A program made the position numbers and the translations under genes. From the NCBI GenBank assembly GCA_965202805.1, contig OZ241869.1, positions 2,848,001-2,912,000 on the forward strand: a stretch of 64,000 nt of DNA. The letters are read 5' to 3'. This document shows positions 8,708 to 18,624 of this stretch, piece by piece; positions within the stretch are counted from its first letter, which is position 1; each line of letters starts with the position of its first letter. This DNA comes from Longimicrobiales bacterium (GTDB lineage Bacteria; Gemmatimonadota; Gemmatimonadetes; Longimicrobiales; Gaopeijiaceae). Below the pieces are notes generated by a model. The model saw only the letters and a list, made by a program, of their open reading frames with translations. It had not been told where the DNA came from and searched no databases.

Positions 8708-10096
8708 ATGGCGCGAGTGCTGATCATCGACGATCACGATACCATCCGTGAGGGCCTCGAGTTGCTGCTGCGCAAGCACGGCCACCGGACCTATTCGGCC
8801 GAGAACGGCAGGCAGGGGCTGGATCTGCTCAGCGAGCACGGCGCCGAGCTGGTGGTCACCGACCTCAGAATGGCGGGCATGGACGGCATCGAGGTGCTCC
8901 GGCAGGTCCGGGCGCAGGCGCCGGAGACCGATGTGTTGATGATCACGGCTTTCGGCACCGTGGACAGGGCCGTGGAGGCGATGAAGCTGGGGGCGGTCGA
9001 CTTCATCACCAAACCGTTTTCTCCGGAGGAGTTCGCGGTAAAGGTGGGCCGTCTGCTGCGCGAGCGGGAGGAGCGCGACGAGCTGCGCCGCGAGAACGTG
9101 GCGCTACGGATCGAGAACACGTCGCTGAAGGAGCAGACCGAAGCCCGCTACGGGCAGATCATCGGTGAGGCTCCCGCGATGGAGCAGGTGTTCGAATGGA
9201 TCACGCGGGTGGCTCCCAGCGAGTCGACGGTCATGATCTACGGAGAATCCGGCACGGGCAAGGAGCTGGTGGCCCGGGCCATTCACGCCAGCTCAACGCG
9301 CAGGGACGGCCCCTTCGTCCGCGTGAACTGCGGAGCCCTCGCCGAGAGCCTGCTGGACTCCGAGCTGTTCGGGCACGAAAAGGGAGCGTTCACCGGCGCG
9401 GACCGGAGGCGCCGGGGGCGCTTCGAGCTCGCAGACGGCGGGACCATCTTTCTCGACGAGATCTCCACCATTTCCACCATGACGCAGGTCAGGCTCCTGC
9501 GCGTGATCCAGGAACGCGAGCTCGAGCGCGTGGGGGGAGAGAAAACGATCCCCGTGGATGTGCGCATCATCGCCGCAACCAATACCCCCGCCGACGAGCT
9601 CCTGGCCAGCGAGGAATTCCGCAAGGACCTCTTCTACCGCCTGCATGTCGTCCCGATCGTGCTGCCACCGCTGAGGAGCCGTGCCGAAGACATCCCGCTC
9701 CTTGTGGACCACTTCATCGCAAAGCTGCGCAAACGCACCAACTCCGCGGTCCGCGGGGTCGAAGGGAAGGCGATGGACAGGCTGTCCGGCTACGCGTGGC
9801 CCGGCAATGTTCGCGAGCTCGAGAACGTGATCGAACGGGCACTCCTGCTCGCGGACGGTCCCATGATCGACGCAGGCGACCTGCCTGCCATGAACGCCGG
9901 GGACCTCGTGCCCCGAACGCACGACCTGCCCGAAGGCGGAAAGAACCTGAACGACGTGATCGAGGGTATTGAGGAGAGGCTCCTGAGGCAGGCGCTCGAG
10001 CAGGCGGGAGGCGTCAAGGCGGAGGCGGCCAGGCGGCTGGGAATCAAGTCGAGCGCCTTCTACTACAAGCTCGAAAAATACGGCATCGAAGCGTAA
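8708..10096 (+). CDS. Sigma54-dependent response regulator (NtrC/AtoC family)
   Basis: Receiver (MARVLIIDD), GESGTGKELVA, GAFTGA, WPGNVRELEN, Fis-type HTH. Confidence 0.96.
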   Translation: MARVLIIDDHDTIREGLELLLRKHGHRTYSAENGRQGLDLLSEHGAELVVTDLRMAGMDGIEVLRQVRAQAPETDVLMITAFGTVDRAVEAMKLGAVDFITKPFSPEEFAVKVGRLLREREERDELRRENVALRIENTSLKEQTEARYGQIIGEAPAMEQVFEWITRVAPSESTVMIYGESGTGKELVARAIHASSTRRDGPFVRVNCGALAESLLDSELFGHEKGAFTGADRRRRGRFELADGGTIFLDEISTISTMTQVRLLRVIQERELERVGGEKTIPVDVRIIAATNTPADELLASEEFRKDLFYRLHVVPIVLPPLRSRAEDIPLLVDHFIAKLRKRTNSAVRGVEGKAMDRLSGYAWPGNVRELENVIERALLLADGPMIDAGDLPAMNAGDLVPRTHDLPEGGKNLNDVIEGIEERLLRQALEQAGGVKAEAARRLGIKSSAFYYKLEKYGIEA

Positions 10097-10109
10097 ACCG
10101 AGGCGGGTC

Positions 10110-11003
10110 ATGACCCTATCGGCCGCACAGGGCAACGGACGGAAGCCGGCGGGCCTGCTCCGCCTGGTGGCCCTGGCCGCAGGTGTGTGCGCGGTCCTTC
10201 CCTCGGGCGCGGCATCGCAGGATGTGGAGCAATCCGCGTATCGCGCGGCGGAGAGTGCCTACACCGCCGCGCTCAGTGCCCGCGATCTTGCGCGCGACCT
10301 TCTCGACGACGCCCTCGACGAGGTGACCGAGGCGCGGCAGTCCGGCGATCAGGCACGGTACGAGCGCGCCCTGGCGATCTATCAGGAGCAGGCGCGGGAG
10401 CTGGAACAGAGGAACAGGAATCTCGATGACGCCGGGGGCCGGCTGGACGAAGCCCGGCGCACCTACCAGTTGAGCGTGCTGGACGCGCTGGACGAATTGT
10501 ACGAGGAACTGTCCCAGATCCCGGATGCGCGCGAGCGAGACCTCATTGGTCGCCGGATCGCCGTCCTGATCGACCAGGCCGACCAGCTTGAACGCCCCAT
10601 CGAGATCGACGACGATCCGTTCCCTGAAATCAATATCGAGCCCGGGGACACGCGAGACGACATTCAGGCCAAGGCGGACCTGCTGGAGCTGTATGCGAGG
10701 AGCCATGACCTGCTGTTGCTCGACATCGACGCCCAGATCGAGTTGCTCGAACAGCGGCAGCGTCATGCCCGCATGGTGCGCGACTTCGGAGCGGATCTTT
10801 CCCGCTTCGGCGACCTCCGGGTGCCCGTGGGACGACCGGATGCGACATCGGGCAACGCGGAGGACCTGATCGGCACCGAGGAGTTGTCGCAGCGCCTCGA
10901 GGAACTGCAGCAGTCCAGGGAGTTCGTGATCGAGAGACGGGACATCGCCATGGCGCGAGCGCAGGAGTTTCGCCGGCGGATCGGGGGGGAGCAGACCGCA
11001 TGA
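10110..11003 (+). CDS. Secreted acidic coiled-coil hypothetical protein
   Basis: Signal peptide ending AAS-Q, then heptad-like E/L/R/Q-rich helices; ATGA overlap with the next gene. Confidence 0.7.
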   Translation: MTLSAAQGNGRKPAGLLRLVALAAGVCAVLPSGAASQDVEQSAYRAAESAYTAALSARDLARDLLDDALDEVTEARQSGDQARYERALAIYQEQARELEQRNRNLDDAGGRLDEARRTYQLSVLDALDELYEELSQIPDARERDLIGRRIAVLIDQADQLERPIEIDDDPFPEINIEPGDTRDDIQAKADLLELYARSHDLLLLDIDAQIELLEQRQRHARMVRDFGADLSRFGDLRVPVGRPDATSGNAEDLIGTEELSQRLEELQQSREFVIERRDIAMARAQEFRRRIGGEQTA

Positions 11004-12154
11004 GCCGCTCCATCCACGTCGCGGCGGTACTCCTGCTGATGAGTTCAGGATGGGCTACGGCGCTCTCCGCTCAGGCGCGGCTGACGGACCTGGTCTTCAG
11101 CGGAGGGTTGGCCGTCGAGCAGTATCGCGGCGGAATACCGTCCGTGACGCTTCCCGTGGTCGACAGCGTGGACGAGGCTTCGGCGGTGAGCGTCGAATTC
11201 GGGGCCCGAGCCGTCCTGAACACCAACCCCAACGGGTTCGACGGTCTAACCCTCACGGTGGATGGCGGCGTCCGGCAGTTCGACGCCTATGGCTTCAAGC
11301 TGCGCGACTATGCGCCCCGTGTCTCAAGCGGGGTCCTCGACGCCGTTTTCCGCAGAACCACGAACCACGGCGTCCTGCAGTTCAGCGGACGGGCGGGAGG
11401 CCGCGAGGTGGTTGACCGCACGCCTACTCCCCTGTTCCTGGAGCCGGGCTACGCGAACTACGAGGGGTCGGCGCTCTTCCAGACGCGGGAGATCGGGGGG
11501 ACCTACTGGGATGCGAGCATCGAGGGCGGCCGTTCCGACTACAACGCGCAGGACATCGTGCCGCAGCTCGACCTGCTCGACCGCAACAAGATCGGCTTCA
11601 GGCTGGGTGCCTCGCAGGGACGGATGTGGAACGCGGCGAGGATGACGATGCGTTTCTACGGATCGTTTACGGAGTTCCGGTATCCGAAACAGGGCACTTC
11701 CTATCCCCCCGATCCCTTCCGCCGGGACCGGGCCTACCAGCTGGGTGCGCTCTGGCAGTATGACGGGCTCGAGTCGTCGGACGGGTTCGAGTCGCCGGGC
11801 ATCACCGCGGAGGTCGGCATCCGGGGCACGATCAACAGGTCCAACGCGAGCCGGACCGAATACAATGCAGTTTCGATGGACGCCGAAGTGTCGACTCCCC
11901 TTCCCGCGGACATGAGGCTCAACGTCACGGCGGTGCTGACCGCGAAGGACTATCTGACCGAAACCGAGTTCATCCGTCTGATTCCGGGCGAAGAGGCGGA
12001 CAATGCGTCGCGGGTTTTCGTGGGTGTCAGCAAGTACCTCACCGACGCCATCAACGCCCTCCTCCAAGTCGGCTGGACCCGGGCGGAGACGGAGATCGGT
12101 GACGCCTACTTCGAGCGCTACAGCGGGCGCTTCCTGGTACACTACCGGCCCTGA
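11000..12154 (+). CDS. Putative outer-membrane beta-barrel protein
   Basis: Signal peptide, alternating amphipathic strands, aromatic C-terminal strand RYSGRFLVHYRP. Confidence 0.6.
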   Translation: MSRSIHVAAVLLLMSSGWATALSAQARLTDLVFSGGLAVEQYRGGIPSVTLPVVDSVDEASAVSVEFGARAVLNTNPNGFDGLTLTVDGGVRQFDAYGFKLRDYAPRVSSGVLDAVFRRTTNHGVLQFSGRAGGREVVDRTPTPLFLEPGYANYEGSALFQTREIGGTYWDASIEGGRSDYNAQDIVPQLDLLDRNKIGFRLGASQGRMWNAARMTMRFYGSFTEFRYPKQGTSYPPDPFRRDRAYQLGALWQYDGLESSDGFESPGITAEVGIRGTINRSNASRTEYNAVSMDAEVSTPLPADMRLNVTAVLTAKDYLTETEFIRLIPGEEADNASRVFVGVSKYLTDAINALLQVGWTRAETEIGDAYFERYSGRFLVHYRP

Positions 12155-12257
12155 AGGCCGCGCGGGCCCGGTCGCTGCCGCGTCCGTCGCGGGGATCTGC
12201 TCCGCCGGCCCACGGTTCGACCAACGCCACACGCCGGCCCGCCGGAGCCGGACATGA

Positions 12258-12293
12258 CGAGGCCCCGGAAGGCAGTCGCCCTCCGGGGCCTCG
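12258..12293. terminator. GC-rich hairpin between convergent units
   Basis: CGAGGCCCCGGA...TCCGGGGCCTCG inverted repeat; no clear U-tract. Confidence 0.5.
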
Positions 12294-12336
12294 CGTGAAC
12301 GGGGACACACCCCGTATCAGCCTGGAGAAACTCCAG

Positions 12337-12409
<73 letters not shown>

Positions 12410-12433
12410 AAAACCGCCCGCTGCAGGGAGCAA

Positions 12434-12462
12434 ACCGTACCGTAAGCCCGTAAGCGTGTCAA
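12434..12462 (-). promoter_or_regulatory. sigma70 promoter of tRNA-Asn
   Basis: TTGACA-17 nt-TACGGT on the minus strand, about 25 nt upstream of the tRNA. Confidence 0.7.
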
Positions 12463-13007
12463 GTTGCCCGCTCGGCGGCCTCGAAGACGCCGCGCAGCGC
12501 CGGGCCGATGTCGTGCGCCAGGTCCCACATCTCCTGAAACCGCGCCCGCACGGCGTCGCCCTGCCCGCCCCTGTGAACCACGGCGAGCGCCGGACCGCGC
12601 GATGGGTAGGGAATCTGGAACCAGTGGACACCGAGGAGCAGATCGCAGCGTCCCCGCGGACCGACGAAGACGGAAAAGTTGGGCGCCCAGTCCAGGAGGG
12701 GCGCGCAGCGAACCCGGAGGCGCTCTTCGGCGAGCAGGCGCACGACCACGCGCAGGTTGTCGCCGCGTTGGGGATCCGCCAGAATCGCCTCGGCCTCGAA
12801 CTTGAGCGCCGCCGCATTGATCTCGGTGATGAGCACGCGCAGCTCTTCCACGGAGGCCAGCTCCTCGTAGGCGAGATCGATGCCGGAGAGCCGGATCCGA
12901 TCTACCGCCGCATCGATGCGGCGGGCCTCGCGGGCGAGGTCGCGGTAGACCGTACGGAGGCTCCGGCGGGAGCGGTCGTGGATCAGTTCGCTGGGCGTCA
13001 ACTGCAT
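12459..13007 (-). CDS. Hypothetical protein, possibly PLD/TrmB-C-like fold
   Basis: MQLTPSELIHDRS...; C-terminal RARFQEMWDLA resembles the end of PLD-like domains; no HKD motif. Confidence 0.6.
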   Translation of the reverse strand: MQLTPSELIHDRSRRSLRTVYRDLAREARRIDAAVDRIRLSGIDLAYEELASVEELRVLITEINAAALKFEAEAILADPQRGDNLRVVVRLLAEERLRVRCAPLLDWAPNFSVFVGPRGRCDLLLGVHWFQIPYPSRGPALAVVHRGGQGDAVRARFQEMWDLAHDIGPALRGVFEAAERAT

Positions 13008-13105
13008 GGTACAAAGCAAGCGAAGGACCCGGGGCGGCGGAATGGCGGGATGGGACGACAGCGCCGACCCGCACGGGGCGGAGGCCCCCGGGCGGGCTGC
13101 GGATG

Positions 13106-16100
13106 TCAGCCCGGCATGCCACGTCGGCGGGCTCGTTCCTGTGCCGCTTTCAGGGCCGTTATCCGGCGGTCGATGCCCAGGTCGCTTGCGGCGTCCGCCG
13201 CCGTCCGGGCAATCTCGTCCCGCTGCGGAAGCGAATGCCGCAGCCGCAGGAGCGCCTCTTCGAACTTGAGCCGCGCCCAGTTTGCGGGCTGAGACGCCTC
13301 GATTTGATCCGCGATAACGCTTACCGCGTCCGCCCCGTCTCCCGTGACGCCCCGCAACTCGCACAGGTGCGCCTGGAACAAAGCGAACACCCAGGGATCC
13401 TCGAACCAGCGCGCGGGCGGTCTGGAGATGTGGCCTGCCATCTCGCGGGCCCGCGACAGTTCTCCCATTCGAAGCGCGGTGAGGCCGACGCCCGAATGAC
13501 TGATGATGCCCAGATGGCGACCCATTCCGGGCTGCCAGAGTCGCCGGGCGCGGGCAAAGTGCGCGGCTGCCTCGCCCAGCTCCCTCTCCTCCAACTCCAG
13601 CTCCCCCAGCTTGCATTCCAGAAAAACATGCGATTCCCAGGTCCTGACGTTGGCAAGCACCTCTCCGGCCCTGACAAACCAGCTCCTGGCCTGGTCGAGA
13701 TGCCCGACCGCGCGGTATCCGCCACCTGCGCTGACGAGCAGGTTGTAGTGTTCCACGAAATCGTCAAGGTCCCTGGCAAGCGACTCCGCCTCTTCCACGG
13801 CCGACGAGGTCTCCGGGTCGGTCATGAGCCCCCTTGCGCCCTGAATCGCGACGAGGCATGCCAGAGCCCGCAGGAGTTCATCCGGCGAGCGGTTCCGGCG
13901 AGCGATGGCGATCGCTTCGCGCGCGTGGCCGAGACCCTCGCCGAAGTCGCCTTGATGATGGAGCGCAAGGCTGGCATGAATGGCACCGCGCGACTCTGGT
14001 TCGACCTGATCCAGCAGCTTGCGCGCGTGCGCGGCCAGCGCGTCCGCCTCAAGGCCCTCTCCTTCCCTCCTGTGGATGTGGAGCTCCAGGTCGATGGCCC
14101 TGGCGGCCGCCTTCCAGTGCTTCGCCAGCTCGGCGGTGTGTCCGAGTTCGCGGATGAAGGCCAGGGCCTCCTGCGGAGAACAGGCGCCGCTGCTTGCGAG
14201 GAGATCGACGCGCTGGATGTCCGCGACAAGCGCGCTCTGGTGGCGATGGACCTTGCGAAGCTCATGCGCTGCCTCGGCCAACCGCTCCGGGCCGTCCTCG
14301 ATGTCCCGGCGCACGTAGTGAAGGCGAGCAAGGCGTTCAGCCACCCGGGCGTGAGTCCGGGGATCGTGAGTGTATCGCCGGGCGAGCGCGAAGAGCCTCG
14401 TCGCCTCCGCGAGGGCACCGGACTTCTCGGCGGCACTGGCTCCGGCCAGCACGTACCGCAGAGCCTTGATCGGAATCCCGGCATGAAGGTAGTGAATCGC
14501 CAGTTCGGCGGGAGTTGCCGAGGTGTTCGCGTCATCAAGATGACTTGCCACGCGACCGTGGACCCAGGTCCGGCGCGGGACGCTCATGCGATCGTAGACC
14601 GCATGACGGATCAGTTCGTAGCGCACGGCAAACCCGCTCGCAGCCCTCCTGACCAGCCGGGACTGCTGCAGGATGTCAAGTGCGTCCACACACGAATCGC
14701 GTGATCGGTCGCTCAGTTTCGACAGGGTTCCGACGCCGAGGGGACGCCCCATGACACTGAGAAGCTGGAGTGTACGCTCAGTATCATCATCCAGTTCCGC
14801 CAGGCGCCCCGAAAAGACATCCGATATGGATTGGGGGACGGACACGAAGTCGTCCGGATCCAGGTTCGGCAGGCGCGACCCCGCCAGGCTCAGTTTTGAG
14901 AGCTTCAGGAGGAACAGCGGGTTCTGATCGCTCAACTCGACGATCCGGTCCCGTTCTCCCTCCTCGATGCGACCTTCCGCAACGGTGTCCACCAGCTCTG
15001 CGGCCGCACCCCGGGTGAGTTCATCGAGGGTAAACTCGGCGACCTTGCACTCGAGGAGCGAATCACCGAGCAGCCGAATGAACGGATCCTTCTCGCGGAC
15101 GCCCTCCGTCCCGATTGCGAGCGTGACCGCCAGCCGCGGCGAGGGCCACCGCTGGACCAGGTAAAGGAGAACCTCGGCGAACTCCTCGTCCACCCGGTGG
15201 CAATCGTCAATGACGAAGATAATGGGCTCATTCCCGGCCACCGCGACAAGCGCCTGACGGATGATGTCAACATATCGCTGGTGGCCCTGGTCGGGTTCGA
15301 CCGCGGGCGGCTCGAAGGGGAGTGCGGTCCCCGCATGCGGCTCCGCAAGGAGGTCCAGCATCGTCGCGTGCCACGGTGCCGTGAGCCCGCTCAAGTCAGA
15401 GTCGGCGTTCGAGGATGCCAGGGTACCGAGAACCGAGTTGAGGAAGGCGCGCCGTTCGGTCTTCGAGGTCGGGTAGCGCAACACCGGGATACCGTTCAGG
15501 AGGTCGGTGGCCAGGGATTCCTCCAGAAGCCGGGTCTTGCCGGTGCCCCGCTCTCCCCGGATGACAACCAGGCGCAACCCGTCTCCGGGCCGGGGGAGCA
15601 TCGCGGTCGAGAGTTCGTCGAGCTCGTCGGAGCGCCCGATCAGTGGAGACCTGTCCAGCGCTTGTGCGGCGAACTTCGTGCTGACTCCAAAAGGCAGGTC
15701 GCGTATTTCGTCGACCAGCGACAGCGTCTCGGCTTGCGGGACCCAGTCCCGTTTATCCGATTCGGAACGCTCCACGAAACTGTCGAAGACTGCCTTGGCC
15801 TCGCCTACCCTTCCGGCCATCGCCTCCGCGCGCATCAACATGCGAAGAGCCCCTTCGTCATAGACGTTCAACGCAAGAAGAACCCGAGCCGCTTCGACAG
15901 CCTGCGTCCATCGGCTCCGGTCCATCAGGCGGGTCCATTTCCCGGCGGCATCCCGTCGGACCCGGTCTCGCAGCTTGAGCTTCGTCCTGTCCAGCCATTC
16001 CAGGAATGCCTCAGAAGGAGGTTCGGCCAGCTGCGAGAGAAAACCGCGGCTCAATAATGCCTCGGCTTCCATCAACCGACCATTCAGCATCGCCGCCTCG

Positions 16101-16453
16101 AACTGCTGGTAATCCGTCACGACCGTTCTGCTCAGGTAGAGACGGTGACGGTGCCTCACGACCACTTTCTCGGGGAGCTCCCGGTTAAGGGCATAGATCA
16201 GCTGACTGATCCGGTGTCTCAACCGACTGGAAGGCCCAGGCTTCCAGAGCAAGTCGATGACGTGTGCCGTCGACAGGCCGTCATCCGGTTCGGTCGCGAG
16301 CAAGCCGAGCAGGGCCGCTCTCAGAGGAGACAACGCAAAGGTTGAGGTGCGGGCCATCAACGCGGGACCGCCGAAGGTCATGAGCCGAAGTGTTGGGCGG
16401 GTATTATCCTGGTGGGCTTCCGTGCTTCCCGTCCCGAAAGGCCAATCTGACAT
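13106..16453 (-). CDS. BTAD/SARP-domain STAND-type AAA ATPase transcriptional regulator with TPR-like C-terminus
   Basis: LRLMTFGGP wHTH start, BTAD (LSRGFLSQL..FLEWL..YDEGALRMLMRA), PLIGRSDEL, Walker A GERGTGKT, Walker B VIDDCH, NPLFL. Confidence 0.85.
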   Translation of the reverse strand: MSDWPFGTGSTEAHQDNTRPTLRLMTFGGPALMARTSTFALSPLRAALLGLLATEPDDGLSTAHVIDLLWKPGPSSRLRHRISQLIYALNRELPEKVVVRHRHRLYLSRTVVTDYQQFEAAMLNGRLMEAEALLSRGFLSQLAEPPSEAFLEWLDRTKLKLRDRVRRDAAGKWTRLMDRSRWTQAVEAARVLLALNVYDEGALRMLMRAEAMAGRVGEAKAVFDSFVERSESDKRDWVPQAETLSLVDEIRDLPFGVSTKFAAQALDRSPLIGRSDELDELSTAMLPRPGDGLRLVVIRGERGTGKTRLLEESLATDLLNGIPVLRYPTSKTERRAFLNSVLGTLASSNADSDLSGLTAPWHATMLDLLAEPHAGTALPFEPPAVEPDQGHQRYVDIIRQALVAVAGNEPIIFVIDDCHRVDEEFAEVLLYLVQRWPSPRLAVTLAIGTEGVREKDPFIRLLGDSLLECKVAEFTLDELTRGAAAELVDTVAEGRIEEGERDRIVELSDQNPLFLLKLSKLSLAGSRLPNLDPDDFVSVPQSISDVFSGRLAELDDDTERTLQLLSVMGRPLGVGTLSKLSDRSRDSCVDALDILQQSRLVRRAASGFAVRYELIRHAVYDRMSVPRRTWVHGRVASHLDDANTSATPAELAIHYLHAGIPIKALRYVLAGASAAEKSGALAEATRLFALARRYTHDPRTHARVAERLARLHYVRRDIEDGPERLAEAAHELRKVHRHQSALVADIQRVDLLASSGACSPQEALAFIRELGHTAELAKHWKAAARAIDLELHIHRREGEGLEADALAAHARKLLDQVEPESRGAIHASLALHHQGDFGEGLGHAREAIAIARRNRSPDELLRALACLVAIQGARGLMTDPETSSAVEEAESLARDLDDFVEHYNLLVSAGGGYRAVGHLDQARSWFVRAGEVLANVRTWESHVFLECKLGELELEERELGEAAAHFARARRLWQPGMGRHLGIISHSGVGLTALRMGELSRAREMAGHISRPPARWFEDPWVFALFQAHLCELRGVTGDGADAVSVIADQIEASQPANWARLKFEEALLRLRHSLPQRDEIARTAADAASDLGIDRRITALKAAQERARRRGMPG

Positions 16454-16483
16454 CTCTCACTGTTGCTGGAGTCACTTGGAGGT

Positions 16484-17356
16484 CTATTGTCGAACTGCCA
16501 GCTTCCTCGCTCGTCGGGCCGCATCTCGAGGGGGCCGGAATACGCGCGGGGGTCCGGCGCCCGGGCCGATCCGGCGCAGATCATGGGCCAAGGCTCCGAT
16601 CGCCTTCTCCCTCTGCAACCAGCACTCGATCAGCCACTCCCAACCCAGACACCGTCGGGCGGTCGAGGGCCTGACTCCGATCAGCCGGTTCATCTGGTTG
16701 CTCAGAGCGAAGCCGTCGGGATAGCCCAGACCACAGGCGACGGAGTGCAGGCTCTGCGAGGAGTTCTGAAGACGAAGGACCGCGTGAAGAATCCGGGAGA
16801 ACTGCAACCAGTGGGAAGGCACCGGCAGTCCCCTTGACACGAAGCGGCGGCCCAGTGCACGCCGCGACAGGTAGATCGTCCGCGACAGGCTGGCGATGGT
16901 GGTGAGCTGTGTTGCCAACCTGACCGTGCGGCGAATGATGTCGCGCGTCCCGCGGTCGACATGCAGTCCCCTCCACGCCAGGTACTCGGTGAACTCGACC
17001 GGGAGGTCGGTCGGCGGCCGGCGAATGAGAGACTTCATGTCTTCCGGGTCGATATCCTCGTGGTGGGGAACGATGGCTGTGGGCCTGCATCGCCCGATTA
17101 CGTGGAGGAGATCGGTCTCAGCCGTCAGCGAAGATGCGGGCGGAAGAACGAGGATGAGGACGATCCCCGCCGGTCGTCGTCGCGCGATCCTCAGGTTGTG
17201 GGCCAGTTCCCCCGTCCTCAGACGCCAGATCACAGCCGACCCCTTGAGCCCTCTCTCCCGCTCGATGAGTTCGGCCAGCGTCGTCAATGGAACAAGGTGC
17301 CGGTAGGGGACGGACAGGAGCAGAAACGGTGACTGCGGTCGCTTCTTGCCGGGCAT
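16484..17356 (-). CDS. AraC-family transcriptional regulator
   Basis: C-terminal double HTH: LSRRALGRRF..GLPVPSHWL...SLHSVACGLGYPDGFALSNQMNRLIGVRPS. Confidence 0.85.
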   Translation of the reverse strand: MPGKKRPQSPFLLLSVPYRHLVPLTTLAELIERERGLKGSAVIWRLRTGELAHNLRIARRRPAGIVLILVLPPASSLTAETDLLHVIGRCRPTAIVPHHEDIDPEDMKSLIRRPPTDLPVEFTEYLAWRGLHVDRGTRDIIRRTVRLATQLTTIASLSRTIYLSRRALGRRFVSRGLPVPSHWLQFSRILHAVLRLQNSSQSLHSVACGLGYPDGFALSNQMNRLIGVRPSTARRCLGWEWLIECWLQREKAIGALAHDLRRIGPGAGPPRVFRPPRDAARRARKLAVRQ

Positions 17357-17724
17357 GGGGCGTCCTCGGTGTGGTGAAGGTGACGCACAACACTAGTAGC
17401 CCGCGATCAGCGTCCTATCAGCAAGGCGTGGATGCCACTCGTCAGAAGGGGTTCCAGAGGCTGCCGTCCGGTCTCGTCACGATGCGCCCGTCCTCCCACC
17501 AGCGGGTGGCGCAGATGCTCCCAGCGGGGTGGCGCGGATTGCTCCCCGATCAGTCAGGCGAGAGAGTGATTACACAAATTACGTAAAATACGTAAACCAA
17601 GACCCCGGTCCGCCTCGCGGCTGGCGCGACGGGGTCCGAGGCCGAATGATTCCAGTCCGGGTTGCCCGCCAGCCCGGCCACCCATCCCGAAACCACGAAG
17701 CGGACGATGTCCAGGAGGTCGCAG

Positions 17725-18615
17725 ATGAACCGCAGCACAACCGTGATCGCGATTGCGTTCGCCCTCGCCCTGGGGGGCGCGGGAGAAGCGGCGTCGACGC
17801 CCCTGGGGGCCCAGGAGGTGGGTCCCGCCAACGGCTCGCTGGTGGTTGTCGGGGGCGCCATGCAGGATCTGGGCATCGTGCGCCGCTTCATCGACCTGGC
17901 GGGCGGCGCCGACGCCCCCATCGTCGTCATCCCGACCGCGGGCGGCGCGGCGGAGTACGACCAGTTCTACCCCGGCCTGCGCCAGTTCCGGGCGGCGGGC
18001 GCGACCAACCTGACGGTGATCCACACCAACGACCGCGCCGAGGCCGACAGCGAGGCCTTCGTGGCGCCGATCCGGGAGGCCGGCGGGGTCTGGTTCCCGG
18101 GCGGGCGGCAGTGGCGCATCGCCGATTCCTATCTGGACACGCGCACCGAGGAGGAGCTACACCGCGTGCTCGAGCGCGGCGGCGTCATCGGCGGTTCCTC
18201 GGCCGGCGCCTCGATCCAGGGATCGTACCTCATCCGCGGCGACACGCAGACCAACACCATCATGATGGGGGACCACGAGGAGGGCTTCGGCTTCCTGCGC
18301 AACGTGGGCGTCGACCAGCACCTGCTGCGCCGCAACCGCCAGTTCGACATGCTCGAGGTGATGGAGGCGATGCCCGGGCTGCTGGGCATCGGGATCGACG
18401 AGAACACCGCGATCGTGGTTCAGGGCGACGAATTCGAGGTGATCGGCGAGAGCTACGTCGTCATCTACGACACCGGGGCGCGGATCGACACCGGCGGCGA
18501 CTTCTACTTCCTGGCCCCGGGAGACCGGTTCAACATGGCCACCCGGGAAGCCCGGCGGCCGGCGAACATCGCGCGCCCGCTCGACCGCGTGCAGCGGCGG
18601 CCGGGAGGCCGGTAG
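17725..18615 (+). CDS. Secreted cyanophycinase-like peptidase (S51)
   Basis: AGGAGG SD, signal peptide, GSLVVVGG, IPTAG, GVWFPGGRQ, GGSSAGAS (catalytic Ser), DQHLLRRNR, GIDENTA. Confidence 0.88.
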   Translation: MNRSTTVIAIAFALALGGAGEAASTPLGAQEVGPANGSLVVVGGAMQDLGIVRRFIDLAGGADAPIVVIPTAGGAAEYDQFYPGLRQFRAAGATNLTVIHTNDRAEADSEAFVAPIREAGGVWFPGGRQWRIADSYLDTRTEEELHRVLERGGVIGGSSAGASIQGSYLIRGDTQTNTIMMGDHEEGFGFLRNVGVDQHLLRRNRQFDMLEVMEAMPGLLGIGIDENTAIVVQGDEFEVIGESYVVIYDTGARIDTGGDFYFLAPGDRFNMATREARRPANIARPLDRVQRRPGGR

Positions 18616-18624
18616 GCCCGAGGT

